In this document: in pieces, positions 44,769-53,593 of the stretch
How the letters are laid out: the number at the start of each line of letters is the position of its first letter
Numbering within the stretch: the first letter of the stretch is position 1
Virus record (IMG/VR): IMGVR_UViG_3300031450_000204
Coordinates: 1-53,593 of that record
Strand: one strand, 5' to 3'
DNA from: a virus
Taxonomy: Duplodnaviria; Caudoviricetes
Length of the DNA: 53,593 nucleotides
Position numbers and translations under genes: made by a program
The notes under the pieces: model-generated
Seen by the model: only the letters and a program-made list of their open reading frames with translations
Database searches by the model: none
Told to the model about the DNA's origin: nothing

Positions 44769-46541
44769 GTGGCGTGGGCGCTCGCCCAAGGCGCTGTTTC
44801 GGCTACCGCGTTCCCGCCGGCCACCGAGACGGCAACCTTCAGCGCGAACGTCACCGCCGGGAACCGGATCTTCGCGTTCTGCGCCTTCACCGATGGTGGT
44901 TCGGCGACCGGCACGCCGGGTGCCCCGACTGACAGCCAGGGCAACGCGTACTCGCTGCTGACCACGGTCGCCTTCGGCACCACGACGGCGGTGACGCGGG
45001 TCTACACCGCCGTGGCGGGTTCCACTGGCGCTTTGACGGTGACGTTCCCGATCGGCACGTTCTCCGGTTCGGGTGCGGCGATGGGTGTCGCCGTCGCCGA
45101 GTTCTCCGGGCTTAGCGCTGCGACCGGCAGCGGCTGTCTCAACCAGTCGTCGTCAGGGTCGGGGACCGCTACCCCGGTGTCGATGGGGACTACGCCTGCG
45201 ACGACGGGGGGGAGTCAGCTCGCGCTGGCGTTCCTCGGCGACGACGGCAACACCACGGCGTACACGCCGAGCACGGGCTGGACGAGACTAACCGCGGCGT
45301 GCCGGGATAACAGTTCGGCGTTGTGCCAGTCGGTGGGGTACAAGTCGAGTGCGAGCGGGGCGGCTGAGACGGGGTCGTTTGCGGCGTCGCCTGCAAACCC
45401 GTTGTCTGCCTCGGCGGGGATCGTCGTCGTCAAGCTGGCGTCCGCGTCTGCGGCTGGCACAGCCGCCGCGGCGCTCAGTCTTGCCGGCACCGCCGGCGCA
45501 GCTCTGCGGCTACCCGGCACGGGCACGGCGGTCGTAGCCCTCGTCGGCACGGCGGCCGGCTCGCTGCTCCTGCCCGCGTCAGGCGCGGCGACAGTATCGC
45601 TGTCCGGCGCCGCTGGCGACACAGCCGCGAGCATCAGCCCAGCTACCGGTGCGGCGGCCCTCACCCTGACCGGTACTGCTGCGGCTGGGCTGCGGACTGC
45701 CACTGCAGGGTCAGCGTCGCTCACGCTGACCGGGGCCGGCGCTGCGGGCCTGCAGACAGCAGGGGCAGGTTCGGCGACGCTGGCCCTGACCGGCGCTGCC
45801 GGCGCAGCACTGACCACGGCAGCGGCCACCTCGGGCACTGCCTCCCTGGTACTGGCCGGCGCCGGTAGCGGCAGCCTGACCGTGGCGACCGGCGCGGCAG
45901 CGGCGCTGACCCTGACGGGTGCTGCGGCCGGCACGTTCAACCCGGCCGGGGGCGCTGCCGCGGCCCTCACGGTGTCGGGCAGCGCCGCATCCGTCGCCAG
46001 CTTCGGCTCGACCGGGGCGGCAGCGCTCGTCCTGACCGGTACTGCCGCTCCCCCGATGTCGGCTGGCGGCACGGCCCTGGTGTCCCTGGCCGCGTCCGCG
46101 ACCGGCCTGACGAGCTTCGGCGCGGCCGCGGCAGGCGTCGTGTCCCTCACCGGCGGAGCCGCCGCCGTTCTCGCCATAGCCAGCGTCGCCACGGCCGGAC
46201 TCACGCTGACCGGCCTGTCATCCCTCTCGCTGGGCTACCCCCAGACCGGGACGGCGACAGTAACGATCACCGGGACTGTCACCGTTGCCCTAGCGGGGCA
46301 GACGGCGCCTGCCGGCGGCGCTGCCACGGTCACCCTCGTCGGCACCGTCCAGGCGACGCTCAGCCTCTCCAGCTCCGGCGCCGCATCGCTCGTACTCACC
46401 GGCAGCAGCTTCGGGCTCGTGGCCGGCATCGTGATGCTGCGACGGGCCGGCAGGTGGGTGCGTGGGGCGCTGCTCGTCCGTGCCGGCGGCCAGTGGCTGG
46501 AGACCCCCCCTCGGGTCCGGGCCGGCGCCTGGCAGCTCTAA
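44769..46541 (+). CDS. Ala/Gly/Thr-rich tail fiber-like protein
   Basis: TDSQGNAY head domain then beta-strand repeats (A.L.LTG.A). Confidence 0.7.
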   Translation: MAWALAQGAVSATAFPPATETATFSANVTAGNRIFAFCAFTDGGSATGTPGAPTDSQGNAYSLLTTVAFGTTTAVTRVYTAVAGSTGALTVTFPIGTFSGSGAAMGVAVAEFSGLSAATGSGCLNQSSSGSGTATPVSMGTTPATTGGSQLALAFLGDDGNTTAYTPSTGWTRLTAACRDNSSALCQSVGYKSSASGAAETGSFAASPANPLSASAGIVVVKLASASAAGTAAAALSLAGTAGAALRLPGTGTAVVALVGTAAGSLLLPASGAATVSLSGAAGDTAASISPATGAAALTLTGTAAAGLRTATAGSASLTLTGAGAAGLQTAGAGSATLALTGAAGAALTTAAATSGTASLVLAGAGSGSLTVATGAAAALTLTGAAAGTFNPAGGAAAALTVSGSAASVASFGSTGAAALVLTGTAAPPMSAGGTALVSLAASATGLTSFGAAAAGVVSLTGGAAAVLAIASVATAGLTLTGLSSLSLGYPQTGTATVTITGTVTVALAGQTAPAGGAATVTLVGTVQATLSLSSSGAASLVLTGSSFGLVAGIVMLRRAGRWVRGALLVRAGGQWLETPPRVRAGAWQL

Positions 46542-46571
46542 CGCGGCGGGCAAGCATCCGGGGTCTACCCT

Positions 46572-46590
46572 GTCCCATAGGACACACAAC
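46572..46590. promoter_or_regulatory. 19-bp operator-like motif GTCCCATA-GGA-CACACAAC
   Basis: Directly after TACCCT -10-like box. Confidence 0.55.
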
Positions 46591-46666
46591 ACCGAGGTTG
46601 TCCCACTCGCCCGAGAGACGCTAACCCATGCCCTGGCTACGTCGGACCGACAGAGGGGACGATCCG

Positions 46667-47599
46667 ATGCCGCAAGAGGGCTACTCGGACGCTGCGCTCC
46701 GGGCCGCAGCGGAAGCGTCGCAGCACATGGCGGCGCAGGTCGCGGCGGAAGCCCGGACGGCGCACCAGCTTGAGCTGTCCATCAACGCGGTCAAAGAGTT
46801 CGCGCAGACCGGGCTAGATGCGCAGTGGAAGCAGTCGGACGCGGCGCATGAGATGCTCAGCCAGCAGATAGCCGACGCGAAGTCAGCGCTGTGCAACAAG
46901 ATCGCTGAGGTTGACCGGCAGTCGATGTTCCGGGACGCGGAACATGAGCGCGAAACCACCCGACTTGCCGAACAGATGGTCCGGACGGTTGACGACCGGG
47001 CCGGCGCGGTCTCCGAGATGGTGCGGGACTGGCGCGTCGGCCATGAGCGAATCCACGAACGGGACGCCGAAGCCCTCCGCGTCGCGCTCAGCGACGTAGC
47101 CCGCGTAGCCGAGTTGCACGCCCGTGCGCATGAGCAGCAGCACGCCGCGCACAACGAGGTCCACGGCCGGGAACGCGAAGCCGGAGAGAAAGCCGAGAAC
47201 CGGCTCGACCAGCGGCTTGCCGACACGAATCACGCTAAAGAGCAGGCGCGGGAAGATTCCCGGACGTTCATCACCCGTGAGGTGATGGAGGCGCAAATCC
47301 ACATCGTCGAAGGCCGGGTCGAGTCTGGCACGAAGGAGCGCGCTGCCAACTCCGAAGCGATCCTGAAGTTGCAGTCGACGGTGATGACCCGTGACGCGGT
47401 TGACGAGAAGCTGGGCGCGGCGGCGACGGCATCCCGTGAGGCGGAGCGGATCGCGACGGCGCGGATCGAAGCGCTGGAGAAGACCTCGACGGGTTCGAGC
47501 GCGGCGTCGTTGCAGACGCGCTACCTGTTCGCCGCGTTCATTTCGGTGGCATCGATCGCTCTGGTCATCTGGGGTTTGTACCTGACCCACCACAAATAG
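46667..47599 (+). CDS. Coiled-coil protein with C-terminal TM anchor
   Basis: GAGGGG RBS (alternative start 46628); long helical region, terminal hydrophobic helix. Confidence 0.7.
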   Translation: MPQEGYSDAALRAAAEASQHMAAQVAAEARTAHQLELSINAVKEFAQTGLDAQWKQSDAAHEMLSQQIADAKSALCNKIAEVDRQSMFRDAEHERETTRLAEQMVRTVDDRAGAVSEMVRDWRVGHERIHERDAEALRVALSDVARVAELHARAHEQQHAAHNEVHGREREAGEKAENRLDQRLADTNHAKEQAREDSRTFITREVMEAQIHIVEGRVESGTKERAANSEAILKLQSTVMTRDAVDEKLGAAATASREAERIATARIEALEKTSTGSSAASLQTRYLFAAFISVASIALVIWGLYLTHHK

Positions 47600-47608
47600 G
47601 AGGCAGTT

Positions 47609-48127
47609 GTGCACCCTGCAGGAACCATCTTCGTGCTCCGGTCAGGCGGGCTGGTCGGCGAGGCGATCCGGCTGTTGACCCATTCACGTGTCAACCATGC
47701 TGGTGTGTGCCTCGGCGACGGCCGGACCGTCGAGGCGCAGGCCAAGGGGGCCGTCATCAAACGGGAACAGGACAACCCGCGGGTGATCTACGGCCTCGAC
47801 CTATACGCCCACATCAACGGCCTCGATCCGTACGCCAACGCTCGGATCGCCGACGAAGCCCTCAGGTTGGTCGGCACGCCGTACGGCTTCACCGACATCG
47901 CCGCGCTCGGCCTCGCCGACCTCGGGCTGCGCTGGCCGTGGCTCGAGCGCAAGGTCGACAAGCAGCATGCGCTGATCTGCTCCCAGCTGGTCGACCAGGC
48001 GTGCCTGAACGCTGGGGTGCACCTATTCTCCGACGGCAGGATGCCGGGCCGGGTCGACCCCGGCGACCTCGAATGGATCATCGCCGACGGCGGCCAGGGC
48101 GTCACCGTCGGAACGGGGAGTGCGTGA
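47609..48127 (+). CDS. Permuted papain-like NlpC/P60 amidase (YiiX/YaeF-like)
   Basis: N-terminal NHAGV, G.PY, C-terminal LICSQLV, P.DL. Confidence 0.8.
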   Translation: MHPAGTIFVLRSGGLVGEAIRLLTHSRVNHAGVCLGDGRTVEAQAKGAVIKREQDNPRVIYGLDLYAHINGLDPYANARIADEALRLVGTPYGFTDIAALGLADLGLRWPWLERKVDKQHALICSQLVDQACLNAGVHLFSDGRMPGRVDPGDLEWIIADGGQGVTVGTGSA

Positions 48128-48228
48128 TGGGTCTTGTCGTCCAAATCTTCGCCGGGATCGGCGCGGTTAGCGTCGTGCTGCTGGTGATGGCCCTCTTCGT
48201 CATGCTGGGCAACAGCGGTCCCCGATGA
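48127..48228 (+). CDS. Very small TM peptide
   Basis: Single hydrophobic helix, coupled at both ends. Confidence 0.45.
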   Translation: MGLVVQIFAGIGAVSVVLLVMALFVMLGNSGPR

Positions 48229-48749
48229 GCATGCGACGAGCCCCGGTCGCCGTCCTGCTGCTGCTCGCCGCGGCCTGTGGCGGTTCGCCTGCCGTGCAGT
48301 CGCGCTACGTCCCGGTCCGGCCACCGCAGCGCAGCCCCACGCCCACGATCCCCCCGGCAGCATGCACCGCACCCGCAGCCGACCCGCACATCTACCACCC
48401 GGACCGGCTCGCCTTCCTCGGCTGCCGAACCGCCACCGGCACCGTCGACGTCATCCGATCCGAACCCGACGGGGACAACCACACCCTGCTGAAACTCGAC
48501 CCCGCCTACGCGGGGCTACTCGACCCGGCCAACCAGGGCAAGGAACGCGGCGACCTCGTGCTCGAACAGCCCTGCGACCATGCCGTGACCCAGGCTGATG
48601 CGGTCGCTGGCTGCGAGATCGGCGGTGAGCCGCGGTTCGCCTTCACCGTCGGCGAGCACGTCCAGGTCACGGGCGCGTGGGTCGCCGACCTCGACCACGG
48701 CGGCTGGCACGAGTTCCACCCCCTGACCACGGTCGCCCCCCTCGGGTAA
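48225..48749 (+). CDS. Lipoprotein with OB-fold-like domain
   Basis: Lipobox LAAAC; G.V.....E.DGD.H..L, G.WV.D..HGGW.E.HP. Confidence 0.75.
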   Translation: MSMRRAPVAVLLLLAAACGGSPAVQSRYVPVRPPQRSPTPTIPPAACTAPAADPHIYHPDRLAFLGCRTATGTVDVIRSEPDGDNHTLLKLDPAYAGLLDPANQGKERGDLVLEQPCDHAVTQADAVAGCEIGGEPRFAFTVGEHVQVTGAWVADLDHGGWHEFHPLTTVAPLG

Positions 48750-48794
48750 GCGCGCCTGCGCCGCCGTGGCAGTGCTCGGCGTAGCGTGTCCCTT

Positions 48795-48813
48795 GTCCTA
48801 CACGACAGGAGAC
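48795..48813. promoter_or_regulatory. 19-bp operator-like motif GTCCTACA-CGA-CAGGAGAC
   Basis: Upstream of endolysin, after TAGCGT -10-like box. Confidence 0.55.
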
Positions 48814-48856
48814 CCACGACGTGGCGCTCGTCGTAGCTGGTTCCCAAGGAGCACGC

Positions 48857-49738
48857 ATGGCAGACATCTGGATGCCGGGAGTGACCCGGCTCGGAGCAGG
48901 CACCCACGGCTGGCAGCTCGACGGCGGCACACCCAAGGCTGTCTGGCACTCCACCGAGAACAACCCTGAAACCACCGCGGCCGCTATCGGCGAGTACCTC
49001 ATCGGCATGGGCTACGAACCGCACCTGTGCTGGAACCCCTGGACCGGCGAGATCGTGCAGCTCATCCCCGCCAACATCGGCGGGAGCGCGCTCGTCACCG
49101 GCAACAACTCCGGCAGCGCGGTCATCCAGATCGAATGCATCGGCAAGGCCAACAACCTCGCCAACAGTGGGCCGCACAACGGCCAGCTCGTCCGGCCGCT
49201 CACCGACAGCCCGTTGATCGGCTTCGGCGCGATCCTCGCCTGGCTCGACTCGTTCGGCATCTCCCGCAACTGGCCCGCCGGCCCGCCTCTCGCGTCGGGC
49301 TACGGACCGAACCCGACCCGGCAGGTGTTCGGCGGCAACTCCCCCGCCGGGCACTACTCCCACAGCCAGATCCCCGGCAACGACCACGGCGACCCCGGCC
49401 TGGTCAACGTCGCCAACTTCGGCGGCACATTCACACCAGGAGGCGACCCGGTCATGGCAGTTCTCGAAGGTCTCGCGTTCGACGGCAGCCACACCTTCAC
49501 CCACGCCGACCTCGCGAAGGTCGAGGCACTGCAACTGTTCCTCGCCCAAGCAGGGGTGTGGATCGCGCCGTACGAGAAGAGTCTGGTCCGGCCGTGGGCC
49601 GCCCGGTACGACAACTTACGCGCCGTCCTCGGTAGCTTCCAAGCCGCGACGAAGACCGGCAACCCGGACGGCACCCCGGACTACATCGTCGGGCCTGCGA
49701 CCGCTGCTGCGCTGGGCAAGCAGACCCGGGTCTTCTGA
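48857..49738 (+). CDS. Endolysin, N-acetylmuramoyl-L-alanine amidase with C-terminal peptidoglycan-binding domain
   Basis: AAGGAG RBS; VWHSTE, PH, IQIECIG, HSQIPGNDHGDPG; FQ...D.IVGPAT..AL. Confidence 0.88.
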   Translation: MADIWMPGVTRLGAGTHGWQLDGGTPKAVWHSTENNPETTAAAIGEYLIGMGYEPHLCWNPWTGEIVQLIPANIGGSALVTGNNSGSAVIQIECIGKANNLANSGPHNGQLVRPLTDSPLIGFGAILAWLDSFGISRNWPAGPPLASGYGPNPTRQVFGGNSPAGHYSHSQIPGNDHGDPGLVNVANFGGTFTPGGDPVMAVLEGLAFDGSHTFTHADLAKVEALQLFLAQAGVWIAPYEKSLVRPWAARYDNLRAVLGSFQAATKTGNPDGTPDYIVGPATAAALGKQTRVF

Positions 49739-50046
49739 TGACCACCGCCAAGGCGATCGTCGGGGCGCTCATCGCGATCCTCACCTACCTCGCCGGCCAG
49801 TTCCTCCCCGGGTCGTTGCCGTACGTCGTCGTCGGCGCGGCGCTGGCCGGTGTCGCCGCGTACAGCACGGTCTTCGCCGTCCCGAACAAGCCAGCCCCGG
49901 CGCTGGGTGTGCAGCTGGCGCCAGTCGCCAGCGTCGCCGAGCCGCGGTTCACCCTCGCCGAGATCGACGCGATCCGGGCTCTGCTCGCCGGGGCGCCGCC
50001 TTCCCCTACCCAGCCCCCGACGATGCAGGGAGCGGTACGCCGATGA
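49738..50046 (+). CDS. Holin
   Basis: AKAIVGAL, two TM helices, V..VPN; directly after endolysin. Confidence 0.75.
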   Translation: MTTAKAIVGALIAILTYLAGQFLPGSLPYVVVGAALAGVAAYSTVFAVPNKPAPALGVQLAPVASVAEPRFTLAEIDAIRALLAGAPPSPTQPPTMQGAVRR

Positions 50047-51713
50047 CCGATGACTACGACGTTCACGTCCACCCCGCGCGCGGCGAGGTCACCGTCGTCC
50101 TGACCCCCCCCACGCTCCTGCCGGTCGAGGGACCGCCGCTGACCCGCGACGAGCACGCCGTCCTCTACGGCGCAGCCTTCGACGACGCGGAAGCTGTCCG
50201 TCACCGCGCCGACGCCGACGGGCTGACCGTCGACTGGGAACACACCGAAGCCCGCACCATGCGGCTGACCGGTGACCGGGACGCGCTCGAGCGGTTCGCC
50301 GCCACCCCCCCGGCGGGGGTCGTCGCCGTCCTCGGACTCGACCCCGCACCGGTCGCCTACCCGCGTCTTCGCCCTGCTGCCGCTTCCGCGCAGCTGCTCA
50401 CCGCCGTCCAGGTCGCGGGCGCCTACCGCTTCCCCGCCTCCGACGGCGCCGGGCAGTCCATCGCCGTCATCGAGCTCGGCGGCGGTTTCGGTCCGGCCGA
50501 CCTGCAGGCGTACTTCTCTGGCCTCGGCCTACCCCGCCCGGAGGTGACGTCTATCCCGGTCGCTGGCGGGTCGAACACCCCCGACGGGCCGAACGGCGCC
50601 GACGGTGAGGTGCTGCTCGACATCGAGGTCGCTGGTGCGGTCGCTCCCGGCGCGAAGATCGGCGTCTACTTCGGTCCGAACACGGACGCCGGGTTCCTGT
50701 CGGCGATCAACGCTGCCATCCACGACGTGACCCTCAACCCCTCGGTGATTTCGATCAGCTGGGGGCAGGCCGAGTCGGGCTGGTCGCCGGCGGCGATGGA
50801 CGCTTTCGACCAGGCGTTCGCCTCCGCCGCGGCGCTGGGTATCAGCGTGTTCTGCGCCGCCGGGGACAACGGCGCCTCCGACGGGGGGCAGGGGATGAAC
50901 GCTGACTTCCCCGCGTCGAGCCCGCACGTCACGGCCTGCGGCGGTACCCGGCTCACCCTCGACGTCACGGGTGGGATCGCTTCCGAGGTGGTCTGGAACG
51001 ACGGGCCGTCGTCGGCGACCGGCGGTGGCTACTCGGCTCGGTTCCCCCGCCCTGCCTACCAGGCCGGGGTGGTGCCGGGTGCGTTACGCGGGCTGCCGGA
51101 CATGTCGGCCAACGCCGACCCGCAGACGGGTTACAAGGTGATCGTCGACGGCCAGGCGATGGGCGTCGGCGGCACGTCCGCGGTCGCTCCGCTGCTGGCC
51201 GGCCTCGTCGCCCGGCTGAACGCCCTGTCCGGCAAGCGGGTCGGGTTGCTGAACGCGCCGGCCTACGCCGACCCTTCCGCGTTTCGGGACGTGACCGTCG
51301 GGGGCAACGGCGGCTACAACGCGGGCGCCGGCTGGGACGCTGCGTCGGGGCTGGGTTCCCCTGACGGGTCCAAGCTGGTCTCCCCGGTCGCCCCGGTTCC
51401 GCCGGTCGTGCCTGCGCCGGTGCCGCCGGTAGTGCCACCCGCTCCTCCGGTGGTCACTCCCGTCCCACCTGCGCCTGTTCCGCCTGCGCCGCCGGTTCCA
51501 GCGCCTGGGCCGAGCCCCACGCCGGGGCCCGTTCCGCCACCGCCCGCACCGCCACCGGTTCCGTCACCGCGGCACCACACAGTCACCCTCTCCCCTTCCG
51601 ACGACCTGCGTGCTCAAGCGCTGGCCCGCCGGCATCACATGACCGAGGACGCCTACCTGTCGCTCGTCCTGTCCGAGGTGCTCCACCCCTACTTCGACCG
51701 GGACGAGGACTAG
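50043..51713 (+). CDS. Sedolisin/kumamolisin (peptidase S53) with Pro-rich linker
   Basis: IAVIELGGG, EVLLDIE, SISWG, AAGDNG, FPASSP, GGTSAVAP, GWD..SGLGSP. Confidence 0.92.
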   Translation: MTDDYDVHVHPARGEVTVVLTPPTLLPVEGPPLTRDEHAVLYGAAFDDAEAVRHRADADGLTVDWEHTEARTMRLTGDRDALERFAATPPAGVVAVLGLDPAPVAYPRLRPAAASAQLLTAVQVAGAYRFPASDGAGQSIAVIELGGGFGPADLQAYFSGLGLPRPEVTSIPVAGGSNTPDGPNGADGEVLLDIEVAGAVAPGAKIGVYFGPNTDAGFLSAINAAIHDVTLNPSVISISWGQAESGWSPAAMDAFDQAFASAAALGISVFCAAGDNGASDGGQGMNADFPASSPHVTACGGTRLTLDVTGGIASEVVWNDGPSSATGGGYSARFPRPAYQAGVVPGALRGLPDMSANADPQTGYKVIVDGQAMGVGGTSAVAPLLAGLVARLNALSGKRVGLLNAPAYADPSAFRDVTVGGNGGYNAGAGWDAASGLGSPDGSKLVSPVAPVPPVVPAPVPPVVPPAPPVVTPVPPAPVPPAPPVPAPGPSPTPGPVPPPPAPPPVPSPRHHTVTLSPSDDLRAQALARRHHMTEDAYLSLVLSEVLHPYFDRDED

Positions 51714-51735
51714 CCCCGGTACGGCTTGGCATCCT

Positions 51736-52113
51736 TCACTCGTCTGCTCCTGACCCGCGGGCGTCGAGCATCGCGTCGATGACGGTGATGACGGCCTGAC
51801 GTTCCCGGACGGTGAGCCTGTGTGCCCGGTCGGGGAGCTCGAACGGGCCGGGGGTGACGGGCACCCCGGCAGCGGCCCGGACCTCATCCAGCGGGCGTCC
51901 TGTCGCGATCGAGATGCCCAGCAGGGTCGACGACGACGGGTTGGACGCCTTGCCCGTGGCGTACCGGTTCAGATTCGAGGGGGAGATCAGTCCCTCCGTC
52001 CTGCTGGCGGCTGTCCGGAAGTCGATGTCGGCTTCTGCCAGGCTAGAGCGGATGAGTTGGGCGAGCGCGTTGCAGGCGACCACGGTCTGGGGACGGTCGG
52101 CGAGGACGGTCAT
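51736..52113 (-). CDS. XRE-family HTH regulator, probable immunity repressor
   Basis: ISPSNLNRYATG...PSSSTL..I...EV..AAG; next to integrase block. Confidence 0.75.
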   Translation of the reverse strand: MTVLADRPQTVVACNALAQLIRSSLAEADIDFRTAASRTEGLISPSNLNRYATGKASNPSSSTLLGISIATGRPLDEVRAAAGVPVTPGPFELPDRAHRLTVRERQAVITVIDAMLDARGSGADE

Positions 52114-52137
52114 GCAGCGGCACCCATACCGCGCAGC

Positions 52138-52156
52138 GTTGCACATCGCGCGCAAC
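52138..52156. promoter_or_regulatory. 19-bp operator-like palindrome GTTGCACA-TCG-CGCGCAAC upstream of the repressor
   Basis: Motif family match, consistent with autoregulation. Confidence 0.6.
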
Positions 52157-52180
52157 ACGCGCAAGTGCGCGCACTAGCGC

Positions 52181-52717
52181 TCAGGCGGCGTAGCGCGTCA
52201 CGTCCGTCACCCGGCACGTGTAGCCCGCCGGCGCCGTCTGCAGCGACGACACGTCCTGCGGCACCGACTTCTGCCCCGGCAGCAGCCCGTCGACCGTCGC
52301 AAGTCCTGTCCCGACCTGCGTCGCGCCGCCGGCCGTCTCGAAGGTGACGGTGACGGCGTAGTTGCTCGCCTTGCTGGACGTGTTCGTCACGACCACCTTC
52401 GCCGCGGCATAGCCGACCGAGTCCGGGACGCATGAGGTGACGACGACGTCGCTCGCGTGCTGCAACGGCTTGCTGCCGCTGCTGCTGGTCGAGGACTGAA
52501 CCGCGGGGGTGGTTGATGAGCTCTTACCGCCGCCACCACCCCCGCCGCCGCCGGCTGCGTTCGCGATGCCGATGACGACGAACAGAGCGAGTAAGCCGAG
52601 CAGCGCCCAGCGCAGCTTGTGCGTCTTCTTCTTCGGTGGCGGCCCGTAGCCGGGCGGTACCCCTCCGGGAGGCGGTTCCCATCCTGGCGGTGGACCCTGC
52701 GGCGGTGGCGTGCTCAT
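52181..52717 (-). CDS. Membrane-anchored extracellular protein (FxLYD-like domain)
   Basis: Pro-rich N-terminus, TM helix, VTN.SSK.SNY.V.V.F...G......L.PGQ. Confidence 0.75.
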   Translation of the reverse strand: MSTPPPQGPPPGWEPPPGGVPPGYGPPPKKKTHKLRWALLGLLALFVVIGIANAAGGGGGGGGGKSSSTTPAVQSSTSSSGSKPLQHASDVVVTSCVPDSVGYAAAKVVVTNTSSKASNYAVTVTFETAGGATQVGTGLATVDGLLPGQKSVPQDVSSLQTAPAGYTCRVTDVTRYAA

Positions 52718-52735
52718 GGCGGGACTGTAGACCCC

Positions 52736-53593
52736 TCAGACTGAGGCGGGCGAGTGGGGGTTGAGCGTCAGGTCAAGCGCCCGTAGCAGCACGTCGGGTG
52801 CGATCGGGCTGACCTTGGCGTAGCCAGCGGTTGTCTTCGTGCTGCTGTGACCGAGGTAGTCCCGAATCAGCAGCAGGTCATGCGTGGCGGCGTAGGAGAC
52901 GGTGGCATAGCGATGCCGCAGGGAGTGCAGTGTCGCCTCGATGCCAATGGAGCGCAGGTAGTCCGACGTCACCTTGCTGAGCCGGGCGGGGCTGATCGGA
53001 CCTGACAGCCCGTCGCCGCGGCGGAACACGGGGCCCCGGACGGGCAGGCGACAGGCGCGCAGTTCGGCGATGACCCCGCGTGGGAGTGGGACGCTGCGCT
53101 GCTTACCTCCTTTGCCGTCACGTACGAACAGGGTCGGCGGGGTGTCCTGGTCGCGGATATCGGCCCGTTCGAGCAGGGCGATCTCACGGGCTCGCAGGCC
53201 GCACCACCCGGCGAGGATCAGCCACGGGCGGATGCGGTCGGGGGCGCAGGCGAGCGCCATTTGCAAGTCAGCTTCGGAGATGGGCCGGGGGAGGGTGGCG
53301 GGAATCTTTGGCCGGGGGAGGGTGGCGGTCGGGTTGTCGGGCCGGTGGTGGAAGCGTTGCGCCCATCCGTAGAACTGGCAGACATGGGCGGTTTCGCTGG
53401 ACAGGGCGTGCCGCCCGAGGCGCAGGCTTTCCTGCCAGGCGTGGAGTTCGTTTTCGGTGGCGCCGAGCAAGCTGTCGGGCAGGTTGCGGGTGAGGCGGCC
53501 GAGTGCTCCGCGACGGGCTTTGAGGGTGGCGGGGCGTAGCCCTCGGGTGCGGAGCCAGGTGAGGTGGGCGATCACTGCTTCGGCGTCAGTCAT
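52736..53593 (-). CDS. Tyrosine recombinase / integrase (compact XerC/D-like)
   Basis: GLRAREI, GKGGKQR, HSLRH, LGHSS, TAGY catalytic residues. Confidence 0.92.
   Translation of the reverse strand: MTDAEAVIAHLTWLRTRGLRPATLKARRGALGRLTRNLPDSLLGATENELHAWQESLRLGRHALSSETAHVCQFYGWAQRFHHRPDNPTATLPRPKIPATLPRPISEADLQMALACAPDRIRPWLILAGWCGLRAREIALLERADIRDQDTPPTLFVRDGKGGKQRSVPLPRGVIAELRACRLPVRGPVFRRGDGLSGPISPARLSKVTSDYLRSIGIEATLHSLRHRYATVSYAATHDLLLIRDYLGHSSTKTTAGYAKVSPIAPDVLLRALDLTLNPHSPASV

Larger units (their letters stand above)
1..53593. mobile_element. Temperate siphovirus / prophage of a high-GC actinobacterium, nearly complete
   Basis: Ordered replication, packaging, head, tail, lysis and integrase/repressor modules; tightly overlapping ATGA/GTGA gene junctions; att sites not identified. 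Confidence 0.95.

Noticed and set aside
1-53593. tRNA/rRNA genes and att core
   Set aside because: No cloverleaf or rRNA signature noticed by eye; no terminal repeat visible within the window

Overview
A near-complete, high-GC temperate siphovirus or prophage of an actinobacterium. The window runs from early genes (about 0.2-11 kb: NUMOD4-HNH, YqaJ/RecT-like recombination pair, VRR-NUC, DNA methyltransferase, replication initiator and helicase loader) through packaging and head genes (terminase, portal fused to a MuF-like domain, protease, hexamer/pentamer-type capsid pair). It continues through tail genes (tube, frameshifted chaperone, 2232-aa tape measure, Dit and hub, FN3/GH5 protein) and lysis genes to a leftward repressor / membrane protein / tyrosine integrase block. 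The standout is a counter-oriented cassette at 21189-22940 between protease and major capsid genes. It encodes a stand-alone RAMP/Cas7-like protein preceded by two non-coding arrays of GGC-NN pentamers (14 and 9 units), each with a candidate promoter and one ending in a perfect GAAA hairpin. This looks like a compact phage RNA-guided system with no CRISPR repeat-spacer array or cas1/cas2. Also notable: a 19-bp pseudo-palindromic operator-like motif at ten intergenic sites including that cassette's promoter, a His-rich tandem-repeat tail on the tape measure protein, an S53 protease after the holin, and an exact 152-bp duplication between two tail genes. All calls come from reading motifs by eye; no database searches were run.
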